Positions 1 to 15,625 of a DNA stretch of 64,000 nt are shown here, in pieces. The DNA is taken from NCBI RefSeq assembly GCF_009914755.1, contig NC_060925.1; one strand, given 5' to 3'. The stretch is from the human T2T-CHM13v2.0 reference genome, Homo sapiens. Both the position numbers and the translations under genes were made by a program. The notes beneath the pieces were generated by a model, which did not search any database, had not been told where the DNA came from, and saw only the letters and a program-made list of their open reading frames with translations. Position 1 is the stretch's first letter. Every line of letters begins with the position of its first letter.

Positions 1-40
1 TCCGAAAGTGCTGGGATTACAGGCGTGAGCCACTGTGCCA
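1..40 (-). mobile_element. Alu 5' end (element cut by the window edge)
   Basis: aaagtgctgggattacaggcgtgagccactgtgcc. Confidence 0.85.
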
Positions 41-646
41 ACCATCTTTAACTTTTTCCTCTTTCTCTCCTATATCCAATCCATCACCAAATTCTATCAG
101 TTTTATATTCAAACAATATCCCAGAGTTACCTACTTCTCTCAATCACCACAGGCACCACCTACCTACCACAAAAGCAACCATCTTTTGCCAAGACATCTG
201 TAAAAGCTTCCTAACAACCATTTTTGCTTCTCTCCAACACATCTGCCATACAACAGTAATAAGTTAAATTTTCGAAACATATATCAGAACATGTCAATTT
301 TCTGCTCAACAAAGGCTCCTTCCATTGTGCTTGGGTTAGACCCATGGTCCTTCTACTCCACAGGCCCTGAATGGTCCATGCAACCCCTGGCCCACCCACT
401 GCACTGTAGCCATGCTGGTGTCCATTCTCCCACTCCCCTTGCCCCTTTCTTCCTCAGTTTCCACATTCTCACCCCTTGCATCCACCTTTCTCACCTATTC
501 ATCCTTCAAGGCTCTGTTCAAATGCGATTTCCTCGGAGAGGACTTCCGAGACTCTTCCAATCTGTGTTAGGTCCTCCTCATATGCTCTCCCAGAAGCCTC
601 TTATTTTCCCCCCAGGGAAGTTCTCTCACAGTTTGTTATGATATAT

Positions 647-829
647 TAGTGGTTCTCCAAGTGTGTTTCCAGACCAGTGGCACCAGCAGCACCTAGAAGC
701 TCCTTAGGAATGCAAATGATTGGGCGGCACTCCAGGCCCACTGAATCAGAGACCGAGGGTGGGACCCCAATCTGTGTTTTAACAAACTCTTCGAGTGATT
801 CTGATGCACATTAAGGTTTGAGAACAAGG
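647..829. mobile_element. MER5A (hAT-Charlie MITE)
   Basis: agtggttctccaagtgtg ... actgaatcaga ... gtgattctgatgcac..aaggtttgagaac matches MER5A, with terminal inverted repeats. Confidence 0.85.
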
Positions 830-2461
830 CCCATGTTGCTATTCCTGTGGCAAACTGATTGACATCCGTCTCCTTTACTTGAGTGAAAACTCCATGAACT
901 CATTGCCTGACACAGAGCAGACACTTAATAAAATTGTGTTGAGTGAATGAATTAATAGATGTGCATTACATTGGTTTGTTTGGAAAGATGCTAATGAGGC
1001 CAACATCAGAAATGTAGCCCCAGCCTGGGCTCCTGTGGCTCACTCTGCTCCCTGGCTCACTCTCTAGCAGGCCTCCAGCCCGGATTGTGCTCACAGTGTG
1101 TTTCTGGGCCTGTACAGGTCGTGTTGCTGTTCAAACCCATGGAGGCTCTGCTGCCCTTCTCCTAGACTCAGACAATCAGTGAAAGGTTTTTGACAGCCAG
1201 TGTTGTACCATTATCCTCTTAACCTTTCCTTCCTCTGGAAATCTCAGAGCACCACTGAGGATACAGTGAACTCAGCACAGTCTTCATAGAGCAGTGCCTC
1301 CTGCTCAAAAGCCAGAACCAATGAAGAAGCATCTGTCACTCCGGAGGTGGGGCATCTGTCACTCAGCACATGGAAGTGGTCAACTCATAATAGCCAGCTA
1401 GCACACCTTGAGCATTTACCGTGTGTCTGACACTATTGAGAGGTGCACAATCTCATAGAATCCTCAGGACAACGCCAGGAAGTGAGCTATTTTTCCAATT
1501 TACAGATTTTTAAAAATGAGCATTAATGACATTAAGTATTTTGTTTTACATTCCTCCTTTAGTAGTGGTAGGGCAGGACTTTAACCTTATTCTTGTAAAC
1601 AGACACCTCGTTCATAACCCTTATACTATACTGTTCCCCATAAGTCATAGACAGCCATAGACTCTTAGAGCTAGCTCAGGTGAACAGTCAGCCTGTTGGG
1701 TGCCTTTAAGCAGCTCATTGGATCCCAAAAGCTTTCCAATCAGCAATACTAGGGAATGACCCAGCGTACCTGGGCACCACCCAGCCAGGTGGGTAGTTTG
1801 CATATACCTGCTAAATACAGAGAATGAAAATGTAGCACCATCATTCTGTGCATCTGTCCTGGATCTCAAATATTTTGTTTAAACTTGTGCTTGGACCTGA
1901 CTTCCATTAGAACATGGACCCCTGTGGATCCTAGTAACGTCATGCCAGGGACAAGATCAGCTGGGTAAACTATGGGCCTGAGCCAATTGGTTATGCCTAA
2001 CTGTATTCATACTATATAAACACGCTGAGTTAACTAACAAGGAGATGAGAAATGTTCACCTTTGGAAGGAGCTGAAATTTCTTAGGCTGCCAGGGCCATT
2101 TATAGCAGTAGAAGATAGAGTTTTCTAAATTAAGCTTGGTATGTCTGAAAATAACTGTCTAAAACCCAAGCAACTTTTCATGCATAGAATCAGGTCTACC
2201 GTTAGAATTCACAGCCAATATTTAACTTTTGTTGTGGCTGCATAGTATTCCATGGTGCATAGGTCTACTGTTAGAATTCACAGCCAATATTTAAGTTTGG
2301 TCTGGCTCTGTGCCAGATGCTTTGTGTATATTATCCATCTGCTACAGATAATATAAAAATGAATAAGACACAACACATGTCTCAAAAAGTTCATAATGTA
2401 TGATTTGGGACGGCTATGGTGAGGTGGGGGGCAGAATGTGGAGAACGTTGGTGAGGTTTAG

Positions 2462-2856
<395 letters not shown>

Positions 2857-2886
2857 GAGAGATATCAAATTCAATAGAACATCTCA

Positions 2887-3770
2887 TCTTTGAGGAATCG
2901 CCCCACACTGTCTTCCAAAATGGTTGGACTAATTTACACTCCTATCAACAGTGTACAAGCGTTCTTTTTTCTCCACAACCTCGCCAACATCTATTATTTA
3001 CTGACTTTTTAATAATACCCGTTCTGACCGGTGTAAGATGATATCTCATTGTGGTTTTGATTTGCATTTCTCTAGTGATCAGTGATGTTGAACTTTTTTT
3101 CATATGATTGTTGGCCGCGTGTATGTCTTCTTTTGGAAAGTGTCTGTTCATGTCCTTTGCCCACTTTTTAATGAGGTTGTTTCTTTCTCGTAAATAACTG
3201 TTTAACTCAGTAATCCCATTATATTTATATATTCCCAAAGGAATATATAAATTCCCAAAGGAATATAAATTTTTCTATTATAAAGATGCATGCACACGTA
3301 TGTTCATTGCAGCACTATTCACAATAGCAAAGACATAGAATCAACCTAAATACCCATCAATGATAGATTGGATTAAAAAATGTGGTACATATACACCATG
3401 GAATACTATGCAGCCATAACAAAGAATGAGATCATGTCCTTTGCAGGGACATGGATGAAATTGGAGGCCATTATCCTTAGCGAACTAATGCAGAAACAGA
3501 AAACCAAAAATCACCTGTTCTCAGTTGTAAGTGGGAGCTAAATTATAAGAATGCATGGACACATAGAGGGGAACGACACTCACTGGGACCTGTCAGAGGG
3601 TGGAGGGTGGGAGGTGAGAGAGGATCAGGAAAAATAACTAATGGGCTTAATATCTGGGCAATGAAATAACCTGTACAACAAACCCCCGTGACTTGAGTTT
3701 ACCTGTATAACAAACCTGCACATGTACCCCTGAACTTAAAAGTTTAAAATATATATACAACTTAAAAAAC
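2887..3770 (+). mobile_element. 5'-truncated and 5'-inverted L1 (older L1PA, roughly PA12-PA15)
   Basis: 2887-~3195 is L1 ORF2 C-terminal sequence in minus orientation; ~3197-3770 is the adjoining ORF2 end and 3' UTR in plus orientation. TSD tagaacatctca at 2875-2886 and 3771-3782. Confidence 0.9.
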
Positions 3771-6659
3771 TAGAACATCTCAGGGGAATCCTCACAAAGA
3801 ACATGATTTTCTGAGCTGAGCCTTGAAAAGTGGGAGGAAAGAGGGAAGGCCTGAGTAAAGGTGCAAAGGTGAAAACATTGCAGGTGTGTTCTGCAACACC
3901 TTGATCCAAATGTCTAGATTGAGAAGGGAGAGCTGGAGAGTAAGCCAGACGGGAAAGGGAGAGCGGCTATCAGAGGGAACAACGGGGAGACTTGCCTCAT
4001 CACTTTTTTCCCCTCATCATGTGGACTGCCAATTTTAGTTTCCTAAACATACTGAGTCTTAGATGTTTCTAGAATCTCCCAGCATGCTAAGAATGTGCAG
4101 CTTTCCTCTTTTTCTGCCTTCCCACCTTCCTCTCCTTTCTGGATAGCAGTAAACTGAAAGGTACAGGACGGACGATAAGGTTGGTGCAGGCTCCCCTCCA
4201 AGCCAGTCCTACTCACTCAGGCTAAGCTGTACAAATGATCCAAAGGTTGCAGCATCCTGATGATACAGAGCTAAGCAAGTGTTGATTTGAAGAAAGTTTG
4301 AGCAGATACGCCAACAGAAAACAGCTGGACAGATATAGTGCAGTTAAAGTATCATTGCATATTGAGCTGTTCAAATGTACTTATAGAAATTCCTTTCTAT
4401 CTTGACTTTTTTTTTTTAAAGTGTGATCTAACTATGGAACACATGAGGCTGATTTCATGAGATAGTTGATTTTATGTAATTTTAATAATTCTATCACATT
4501 TGCAGAAATGTCCCTCCTTTTGGAAATGGAGGCTAGGGCATGTCCCAGTCCCTTCAAGCCTCCCCAGTGCCACAATTACCAACAGATTATGTTAGTAAAA
4601 TAAGAGTTTTTTCATAACAGACATATTTCGCTGCCATTAGGAACATTTCCATAAAGAGATGAAGAACTCAGGAAAAGGAAATCCCCTCTCTCCCCCACTG
4701 CCCACCCAAGAGATAGAAAAGAAGAGAAAACCCAGTGGTGTGTGAACCACCAGATTCTCACACTGTCTGGTTGCATGTGGGATGGGAACAGAAGAAAAGC
4801 CCTGAAAAGCAGACACCAGCAGTCTTCACCTCTTAAATTCTTAGATCACTTTATAACTTGAACCATGTGGTCTCTGAACTCTCCTTCTCTATGCGAGGTT
4901 GTACTGGCCTTGGGTAAACCTTTGTCCAAGCAGGACAGAGGGCATCTTGTCCTTGTAAGGGATATGTAAGGTGGAGACAGCTCGGGTTGTTGGGAACATC
5001 ACCCTCAGGGCTGCCTCTTTTTTGCTCCCATGCCCAGATCTGGCTCAGCAGTGGGAGAGGGAAAATGGAGACACGTGTGGCTCAGAGTCCAGTGGAGATG
5101 GGATTCAGGTGTGATTGAAAAGGCAGGAAGCCCTGGGAGGCATTTGTTCTTGGAACTTTGGCTAGGATATAAAAACTTCTAGTTACTCTTATAAAGACAC
5201 CTGCAAGATAATGATAGATTTTTTCTCACAGCATTTTAGAACGTTTCTTCTTGGGTCCTTGATGTTGGCTCCTAGCATATACTCATCCTTATATATAGTT
5301 AAGTGTAAAACATTGGATTTTTGCTGGCTTTGGACTCTGTTCTGGTGGGCTAAGTCTAAAGGTGAATTAAGTGCCTTCTCACACACTTGGGTTCCTTCGA
5401 GCCTGACAGTGAGTCACTCAATTGTGCTCTGTCCTTATTTCTGTATCATTTCATTTTCCATTATGAAAATGCTCAATAGTTTGCTCTCAGAAGCCTTGCA
5501 ATCCATTTCAGACCAAAGCTAAATAGATTTCACCAAATTCCTGGAACAGAGGAAATATGAAGCCCAATTCATAGATGAGGAAGCCAGATTTCAGCCAAGG
5601 AAAAACAGCCTTCTAAAGTTGACATGGAAAACTTAGACTGGGCAAGATGGAAGCTGCACAGCCTACCTACACCCCCGAGGGTAAGATGCTCGAGACAGCT
5701 TGTCATTCCTCACCGAGAAAGATACTAGCTACTCACCTCTTCATCTTCCTCCTTCTATTTAGCCCCAGGTCCCAACAATAATTGAAATTTTCAGACACCC
5801 ATTTCACAGGTCTCCCCTACCCATCCACGAGTCTCCGAGAGGAAGACCCCACTTGGAGGCCCCTATAAACATCCTCCATCTAGGGAGTACCTAGCAGGGA
5901 GGAATCTGAGAGTTTCTCTGTGCAGAACTGAGGTCTAGAAATGTCTGCCAGGTCATCTATTAAGATCAAATGACAGCAAATTCCCCATAATGGAAAACAG
6001 GCTGAAGGAGAAAGGAAACGAATCTATAAAATTGGCAGTGTGCCTCTCACTGCAAAGACTCCGGACCGGAGGTTGCATATAGTAGGCTGACTTTTTGGGT
6101 TTCCCCAGGAATTAAAATAAGTGCAGATCCTCCAGGATTATTTTTTCCCCAAGCACAAGTGTTCTTTTATTGGTGGAAGCATTTTTATAAGCTGTGTTGT
6201 TTTTTATTTTTTAAAAAATACATAATTATAAAAATCTCAAACCTTATAAAAACAGAGAAAATATCCTTCTTTATTTACCCTAGCTCTCCACCAACCCCTC
6301 TCTCCAGAGTTAACCACGTTTTAACTGTAAATCTGAAAGGGGTTTTTCTGTCTTAATGATCATCAACCTCAGAGCTACCACACTGAGCATGTATGCATAA
6401 GAAGCTATAATAAAATTTCTGCACATTGGATGTTCAATACATGCCAACCACTGTTGTAAGCATTCTTGCATACATACACTTATTAAATTGACACAACATT
6501 CCCATGAGGTGGCAGAGGCAAGATTCAAACCCAGGCATTTGACTACCGAGTCTGGACTGAATGCTACTCACATCAGGGGACCCTTATCCTCCCCATCGCC
6601 ATGTGTTCCACACTTGGCAAGCCACGACTTGTTCTTGACTCTCCAGCCCAAACCTCTCT

Positions 6660-6895
6660 GGCCCTTAGCTTTGGAGTCAGACAAATCTGAAATCTGGGCA
6701 CAAATTCTACCTCCACCACTCAATAGCTGTGTGACTTTGGGCAGTTTTCTTCACTTCTATGAGCCTCGGATTTTTCATCTGTAAAATGAAAAGACTAATA
6801 CTGCATGAGTGAGGAAGTAAACATAATAAATTATAACACAACTAGCAAAATACCTGGCACATTCTAGATGCTCAATAAATATTTTTAAATAAATG
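6660..6895 (+). mobile_element. MIR
   Basis: tttggagtcagac...agctgtgtgactttgggcag...catctgtaaaatg...gctcaataaat. Confidence 0.8.
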
Positions 6896-7262
6896 AACAA
6901 GTGAAAGTGGCAATGGCAAATCCTAGTGCTGTCTACCTTCATCATGCTATCATATTATAAATGATGGCTGTGTCTCCTATTGACTGGATACTCTAGCACT
7001 GTAATCTCTTTGAGATACACTAATATTACTTGTATTTTGTGAAGTATCTCCCCACAGATTTTTGGCTGTTTATCAAGAACCTCATTTCTGAAGCTGTCAT
7101 TTACAGACACTCCAAGCAAGCATTGTGTCAGTCATTTTATTTTATAATCAGATCCTAAATCTTGGTGGCATGTGCTCAGTGCCCTAGAGTTTTTCCTAGG
7201 TATGGCTACCTGACACTTGCTAAAGCCAGCCCTCTGGTCTCAGATGCATTTGCTGTGATAAC

Positions 7263-7564
7263 TTTATTTGTTTATTTATTTGAGATGGAGTTTCGCTCTT
7301 TTGCCCATGCTGGAGTGAAGTGGCGTGATCTCGGCTCCCTGCAACCTCTGACCCCTAAGGTTCAAGCGATTCTCCTGCCTCAGCCTCCTGAGTAGCTGGG
7401 ATTACAGGCACCTGCCACCACGCCTGGCTAATTTTTGTATTTTTTGTCAAGACGGGATTTCTTCATTTTGGCCAGGCTGGTCTCTAACTCCTGACCTCAG
7501 GCAATCCACCTGCCTCAGCCTCCCAAAGTGCTAGGATTACGGGCATGAGCCACTACACCCAGCC
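7263..7564 (-). mobile_element. AluS
   Basis: Full dimeric Alu, reverse orientation. Confidence 0.93.
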
Positions 7565-7576
7565 TCTATAAGAACT

Positions 7577-8475
7577 TTATTGAGACATAATTCACATATC
7601 ATAAAATAGGCCCTTAATTTTAGAGTGTGCAATTCAGTGATTTTTAGTGTCTTCAGAGTTGTGCAACCATCACCACTATCGAATTCTACAACATTTTCAT
7701 CACCCAAAAAAAGAAACCCAATATCCCTTAGTAGTGATTTGCCATTCCCCACCGCCCCCTGGCCCTGCAGTCCCTGACGGCCACTACTCTACTTTCTATC
7801 CCTACAGATTTGCCTATTCTGGACATTTCATATAAATGGAATCATACAATAGATGACGTTTTGTGACTGGCTTTTTTCCGTTAACAAAATGCTTTCAAGG
7901 TTCATCCATGTTGTAGTATGTATCAACACTATCCTCATTTTTATGGCTGAATAATATTCCAGTATATAGATATAGCACAGTTTTTCATCAGTTGATGGGT
8001 ATTTGGGTTGTTTTTTTCCTTTTATCTATTATGAATAATGCTGCTGTAAACATCATGTACGAGTTTTAGTGTTTCAATTGTTTTCAATTCTCTTGCATAT
8101 ATACCTAGAAGTGGTATTGGTGGGACATATGGTAAGTCTATGTTTAACTTTTTGAGAAACTGACAGATTATTTTCCAAGGCAGCTGTACCATTTTATATT
8201 CCAATCAACAATTGTATGAGGGTTGATTTCTCATACAATTGTTGATACTCATACAATTTCTCTACATCCTCATCAACACTTGTTATTGTCTGTCTTTTTT
8301 ATTATAGCCATTCTGGTGGGCGTGAAGTGGTATCTCACTGTGATTTTGATTTGCATTTCCCTAGTGACTAATGATGTTGAGCAACTTTTTAGGAGTTTAT
8401 TTGCCATTTGTGTATCTTCTTTGGAGAAATTTCTGTTCAAACCCCTAGCTCAGTTTTTAATTGGGTTAATTGTTG
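7577..8475 (-). mobile_element. L1M (L1MB-like) 3' end
   Basis: ttgcctattctggacatttcatataaatggaatcatacaa and gtggtatctcactgtgattttgatttgcatttccctagtgactaatgatgttgagc are typical antisense L1MB sequences. Confidence 0.85.
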
Positions 8476-8891
8476 GTCTTGGATAATTTTATAACTGCTA
8501 TTGCAAGCATGGTGTGTTGGAAAGATCACAGGCTTACCTGTACTTGACCTGTATTTCATTCTGGCTTCATCACTTAGTTATGTGACCTCAAGAAAGATTT
8601 TTTAAAAATTTCTCTGAACCTTAGCTTTATTATCTGTAAAAATGGATTGTATCTCTCTTATAGGGCTATTGTGAGGAACAAGTGAATAAAGCATCAAACA
8701 CAGTTTGGGGCACCCAATAGACACTTGACATTTTGTTAGACCCTCTCATCCTTCTGCTCTGATTTTAGACATGTTTTCCCTTAGGAAGCTGTATTTGATT
8801 CTAGCAGACAAAGTGGAGTGAGTTGAAGTCTAAAAGGCAGGGCCCCCAATTGGAAGAGGTCAGTGAGTTTATTATGAGGAGTCCCCTAGAG

Positions 8892-8898
8892 ACACACA

Positions 8899-8934
<36 letters not shown>
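8892..8934. repeat. (CA)n microsatellite, one interruption
   Basis: Directly visible. Confidence 0.95.
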
Positions 8935-8936
<2 letters not shown>

Positions 8937-9915
8937 ACCTCCACTCAGCATAAGATCATTTGGATAAATACAAACTGTTTCAGTAGCTGAGAAATAGGAG
9001 GAAAGAGACAGTTATAAAAGAGGAATTGAATTGTAACCCCTTATTCCAGCACCAGTACTCTGTAAAATCTGCAATTTTGAATAGTAAGGCTTTAAGAATA
9101 GGGTGGCTTGAGAGGGTTGGATAACATGACATTCAGTGTCTGGCTTTCCATAAGAACAAGTCTGGCTCTTGCTTTTTAACAGTCTGGTAATGCACAAGGC
9201 CTGTCATTTATTCTTTCTCTAATGAATGGATAGAATGTTTAATTTCCTGATGGGCAACCTAGTAATTTTAGTCTCCCGCTTCCAAGCCTTTGTCTGGCTT
9301 GTTCCATGTGCATAAAAACAACCTCCTTCATCCTGCTATCATGTGCTGTCTTTCTTTCCATTAAAGCTCAGCTCAAAGGCCATTTCCTCTAAGTAGTCTA
9401 TTCTATTAGGGAAGAATAAGCATTGAATGTGTGGCCAGACTGATAACTGCACTTAGTCACTAATTTTGCAATAATTTATTGAGCAAGTACTATGTGCAAG
9501 ACCTTGTGCTATGTACTAGGAACACGAAAGGGGATATGACACAGTCTGTGCCTTCAGAGCTCATAATGCATTGGGTAAGATGGGTGTGTAAACAGATATT
9601 TACAAATAATGTCACATTTCAATGATTGCTCTAAAGCAGTTTTCATCATCGGAGCTCACAGGGTAGGACTTGCAGGAATGGCAGATACTGAAGTTTCGTC
9701 TTTCTTCTGGTATCCCATTGGCAACTCTTTCATCTGTATACAATCAGTAGAAGGGAGGAGTGAAAAACATAACCCATTTCTTCATTATTCTATATTAAAT
9801 AATATTTTGGAGAAGGAAACCAGCAGAGAAGAGAAGGCATGAAATACAATAGATTTGTAAATGGTTGTTCTAAATAGAAAAATGAAAGAGAAGTCACAGG
9901 AAAGTATTAAATTAA

Positions 9916-10283
<368 letters not shown>

Positions 10284-10825
10284 GGGAGGATGATTTCTAT
10301 CTCCCATGTCCCCCAGAATCAGACGAGGGTTCCCATCCACCCAGTGCCCCATGAACAGGAACCTCAACCTTCTCTAGGCCTCCATTTGCTCATATTTAAA
10401 AGGAAGAAATCAAACCAGTGTGTTCTGAAGATTCCTTATAGTTCTGACAGCCTATGAATCAGAGTGGGCAGTTTATTCATGTATTTATTTATAGCTGTGA
10501 GAAAGGAAGAAAATAAAAGTGGCAGGAAAAGTGGAGGTGGCTTAACATTTATTTGATTGTAGAGGGCAGTGAGAGAGTGAGAAGAACCCTTTGCATTGCT
10601 TTTCTTTCTCAGTGGTCGGAGGAGAACCACAGAACGGTGGCACAGAGCCCTATGGCAACAGAGCGGCAGCCCAGGGAGGATTAGGAATTGAGAAAGACAG
10701 CAAACAGGTCCATGCAGCATCATTTTTCTAGATTAGGAAAATGTATGCCAATAGTTTGTGGTAACCAGCCTCCAATGTGATAGAGGAGATGTGGGGATGG
10801 AGAATGGGTTTTAAAAATAAGAAAC

Positions 10826-11100
<275 letters not shown>

Positions 11101-11589
11101 GGAACAGTGACAGGTGGCCCACAGCCCCTGAGAGATGTCTGAGACACGGTGTTGTATAAACCCCAGGTATGTGGCTCCCTGGGGGACACTTGTCACGATG
11201 TTTTTGTAGCAAGGGCTGAATAAGGCAGGATGCCAGCATCACTCTGCAGGCACAGACTGCAGATAAACCACCCCTGACTCATATCTCCAACTGAAATAAC
11301 ACCTTGAATCAGCCAACTTCCTTTCCCTCTCCATCAAAAATGTTTTATCCTCTTATTTCTTTGGATCATGTATATCAGATTCCATTCTCTCTGGTATACC
11401 ACTACACCCTGGGGTAAACTACAACTGCCAAAATAGCAATTAGTACCTCCTTAGAAAGAAACCCAAGAAATGGCTCCCAATCTACTAACTACATGCATGG
11501 CAGAAATTATCATTGTATGACCCATCCCGTCTTTCTGACCTCATTCATTTATTCTGCTATTTATGTATTAATTCACTCACTCAACTTTG

Positions 11590-11770
11590 GGCTGTTACAA
11601 GCTATACACCTTGGGCAAATCACTTCACCTCTGTGCCTCATTTTCTTCCCCTGTAAAAAGGGATAATAATAGTATCTACTTCACAGGGTCATTTTTAGAA
11701 TTGAGCTATCATATGTGAAGTGCTTAGAATATTGGCACAAATTAAGCACCATGTAAGCATTAACTATCAT
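11590..11770 (+). mobile_element. MIR
   Basis: ccttgggcaaatcacttcacctctgtgcctcattttcttcccctgtaaaaagggataataatagta. Confidence 0.8.
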
Positions 11771-12515
11771 CATCATCATTAATTAGTATTAGTATTATGT
11801 AGTAAGCTAAGCACTCTGCTAGCCACTGTTGATTCCAAGATGATTAAGTCTCAGTCCTTGACCTTGCCAGCATAAAATGGTCAGAAATAGTAGATTTATA
11901 AAAAGTGTTATCATTGTTGGTATTGCAGGAAATGTCTTTGAGACATGGTAAGAAGGTAAAATGGAATAGATATTAATAGAATGGGTGTGGGAGTGAGATG
12001 GGGAGGAGTCTGATGTGGGTGCAGGGATAGATGGTGGTGCCATTGATACATTGAGTGAGTGGACTGAGGGACATTTAAGAAGCATAGATGGATCTTATGC
12101 TAAGATGAGCAATCTGGAACACAGATGACAATTGCAGGAGGGAATGAGAGCCAGCAATGAGTGTGAAGACCTCTATGCCTTTTTGCATGCTATTACTCAA
12201 AATATCTTACCTCCTCCTGTCAACCAAGCAAAACCGGCTTATCTGTCAACATCTTCTCAGACATCAGCTTCACTGGGGGTATCTTTATCTAAGCACCACC
12301 CCCAGTGGAGTGAACCACTCTTTATGCTCCCAGTTTGTTACTTATACATGCTTACTTGATTTCACATGTTACACTTAAAGCAATGATCAATTTGAAAATC
12401 TCCGTCCCTGACTTAGATATGTCCACCCTAAGGAATGGAGATTAATTCCTAGCCATTTTCATATTTCCACATCCTAGCATGGTGCCTGGATCACATCCAC
12501 ACTTTTCTCAGCTTA

Positions 12516-12866
<351 letters not shown>

Positions 12867-14536
12867 TTATAGTTTTATTATAATTTAGGTCAGACATAAC
12901 TATTTGAAATCTTAAATAATAGAAGCCCAGTGCAAGATGAGAGATATTCCAAAGAGGCGTAGCAGTAACTTTTACATGAGTAGTCGAGGGCAACAGATTT
13001 CAACACATTGTTGACCACATAACTGTTTCAGTAAAAAGATTTGGGGCACAACTTGTCATATATAATTTACTAATCTATAAATTATATATGTGTCTTATTT
13101 TACTATTGTGCTGTGTACATTGAAAATATACACAAAGATAAAAATTAAATGAAGATGCAATAAAAATATAAATAGAAGTGCCAATATTTTCTTCCTGTGC
13201 CCAGTGGATTGTCTCAGCACACCATTTTAGATACCAGAGGTCTAGAGCAAAGCTATTCAGAATGAGGTCCCCCAGCATGGCACAAGCTATTCTGTTACTA
13301 GTCTGCAACTCAATAAGCAAAGAAATGGAGAGCAAGCATCTAGAAACTTCTGTAGTGATTTTGGTAGGTCTATGTATGTCTGCTGAATGTGATAATTAAA
13401 CGTGGTCTTGTGTTTTGTATCTCTTTGTTTCTTATTTCAATTTCTAATTTATTTACTAAACAAATTTAGGAATTAATATTTATTATATAAAAGTATTGAT
13501 CCCACAGTGGATTGGAAACTGAAAAGAAATCAAAATAAAAACCTGGTCTTTCACCACAGAGAGCTTGAGAAGCACTAGAACAGACAGCAAGTCTTAGAGC
13601 CATTAGCTCGGAGGGCTTTGCAGAGCAAGTCCCTGCAGAGTGACAGGGTCCTCTGGGTTCAGAATTAAGGGCAACATCATGGCTGCAGTGGACTACAGAG
13701 GGTTCCTGGAGGCCGGAATAAGGACAGAGAAGTCTTTTCTCTTGACCACTCCCTGCCCCTGGGCTGCGCTGTCTCATCTCTTTTGAGCTCCTGAGGCCTC
13801 TACACACCACACAATAAATGCCATTGATCTGAACAGAATTGGGGTGTTTGGGGAGAATTACATAAAGAAGTCTGAAGATCTGAAGGAGCTCAACCGCTTA
13901 CAAGGGTGCTAATTCTGTCTCCAGATTGACCGTGTGTGTCTGTCTTCCCTCCTCTGTCCCATAACATGCCACTAGCCATTCCTGATCTCAACTCTAAGCA
14001 CTTTGCTTCAGCACCTTCTAAGCACCTTCTTGCCTCCCTATTGACACTCCATAAATATTTGTTGGCAAGGCCGGTGAAAACATTAACACACCATTCTCTT
14101 CTCAGTCATCCTGCGTTGATACCACTTAATTGGATGTATTCCCCAGTAGGTTCATAGTTCTTTTGTTCTTGCTTAATCATCAAATTCAGCCACACATCAG
14201 AGCCGGCAACTCATGAAGTGAGTCTGTGCAAAATGGGGCAATTTAGCAAGCAGTGTTCCATTTATAACCTTGCTGCTCAACATGGGCAGGGAGAGCTCTT
14301 CTATTAAAATGCACAGTCACCACTCCCTGTCCTGACAGCTGCCTAATCACGGGCATGGGGAACACTTCCAGGTCCTGGCTGTGAGACCCCTTCTCACGGC
14401 AACTCTGAGCCAGCAGCAGGTGTTCACTACGCAGCTCTGCCCCTGGTTTCCAGGACTTCTCTGGAAGAGATGAAAGTTGGAGCATAGAAGAGCTCACATT
14501 TATGGAGCATTTAACATGGGCCAGGTTCAGTCTTAA

Positions 14537-14925
<389 letters not shown>

Positions 14926-14929
14926 TATT

Positions 14930-15203
14930 CTTTTTTTCAATTGTGGTAAATATTCATAGCAATAAAACTCAGCACTTTAACTGTCTTTAAGCAAACAGTT
15001 CGGTGGCATTAAGTATATTGCCACTGTTGAGCAGCCGTCACTGTCATCCATTTTCAGCACTTTTTCATCTTCTCAAACTGAAACTCTGTACCCATTAAAC
15101 ACGAACTCCCCATTCCTTTAACTCCTCATTAAACACTAACCTCCTCCTGGTCCCCGGCAACCACCATGCTACTTTCCGTCTTAATAAATTCATCTATTCT
15201 AGG
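14930..15203 (-). mobile_element. L1M 3' end fragment
   Basis: ttcatcttctcaaactgaaactctgtacccattaaac...ccccggcaaccaccatgctactttc. Confidence 0.8.
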
Positions 15204-15566
15204 AATGAGAATGGCACTCTTCTTATTATCCCCATTGCAAAATAGGAAACTGAAGCACAGTCAGTTTAAATAAATTGCCCAAGGAAACACCACGAGCAAA
15301 CAGAAGAGCTGGGATTAGCATTCAGGAAATCTGGCTCTGGAGCCCGCTAGGTCATGCTAAAGAGAACAGAGGACCCTCCAAGGAGAGGAAAAAGGGCCTC
15401 TTTTCCTTAACGCCTCCTGCATTCCCAACACACGGCTGCAACCTGATCAGAAGCAGAAGGGTGGCAAAGGGCTCCTCTGTCCAGGACCCAAGGGGGAGAA
15501 AAAGAGCCTGGGATGATTTCTACTGCTCTGTTTATCCACTCCTAGTACTTCCTACCACTACTATCA

Positions 15567-15572
<6 letters not shown>

Positions 15573-15622
<50 letters not shown>
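15573..15622. repeat. (AC)25 perfect microsatellite
   Basis: Directly visible. Confidence 0.97.

Positions 15623-15625
<3 letters not shown>

Noticed and set aside
2192-2294. Repeat-spacer-repeat geometry (34/35/34 bp) superficially like a minimal CRISPR array
   Set aside because: Primate intron, two repeats only, no cas genes; better explained as a templated insertion.
14008-14016. TTCAGCACC RE1 left half-site
   Set aside because: No GGACAG/GGAGAG right half follows at a canonical or extended spacing.
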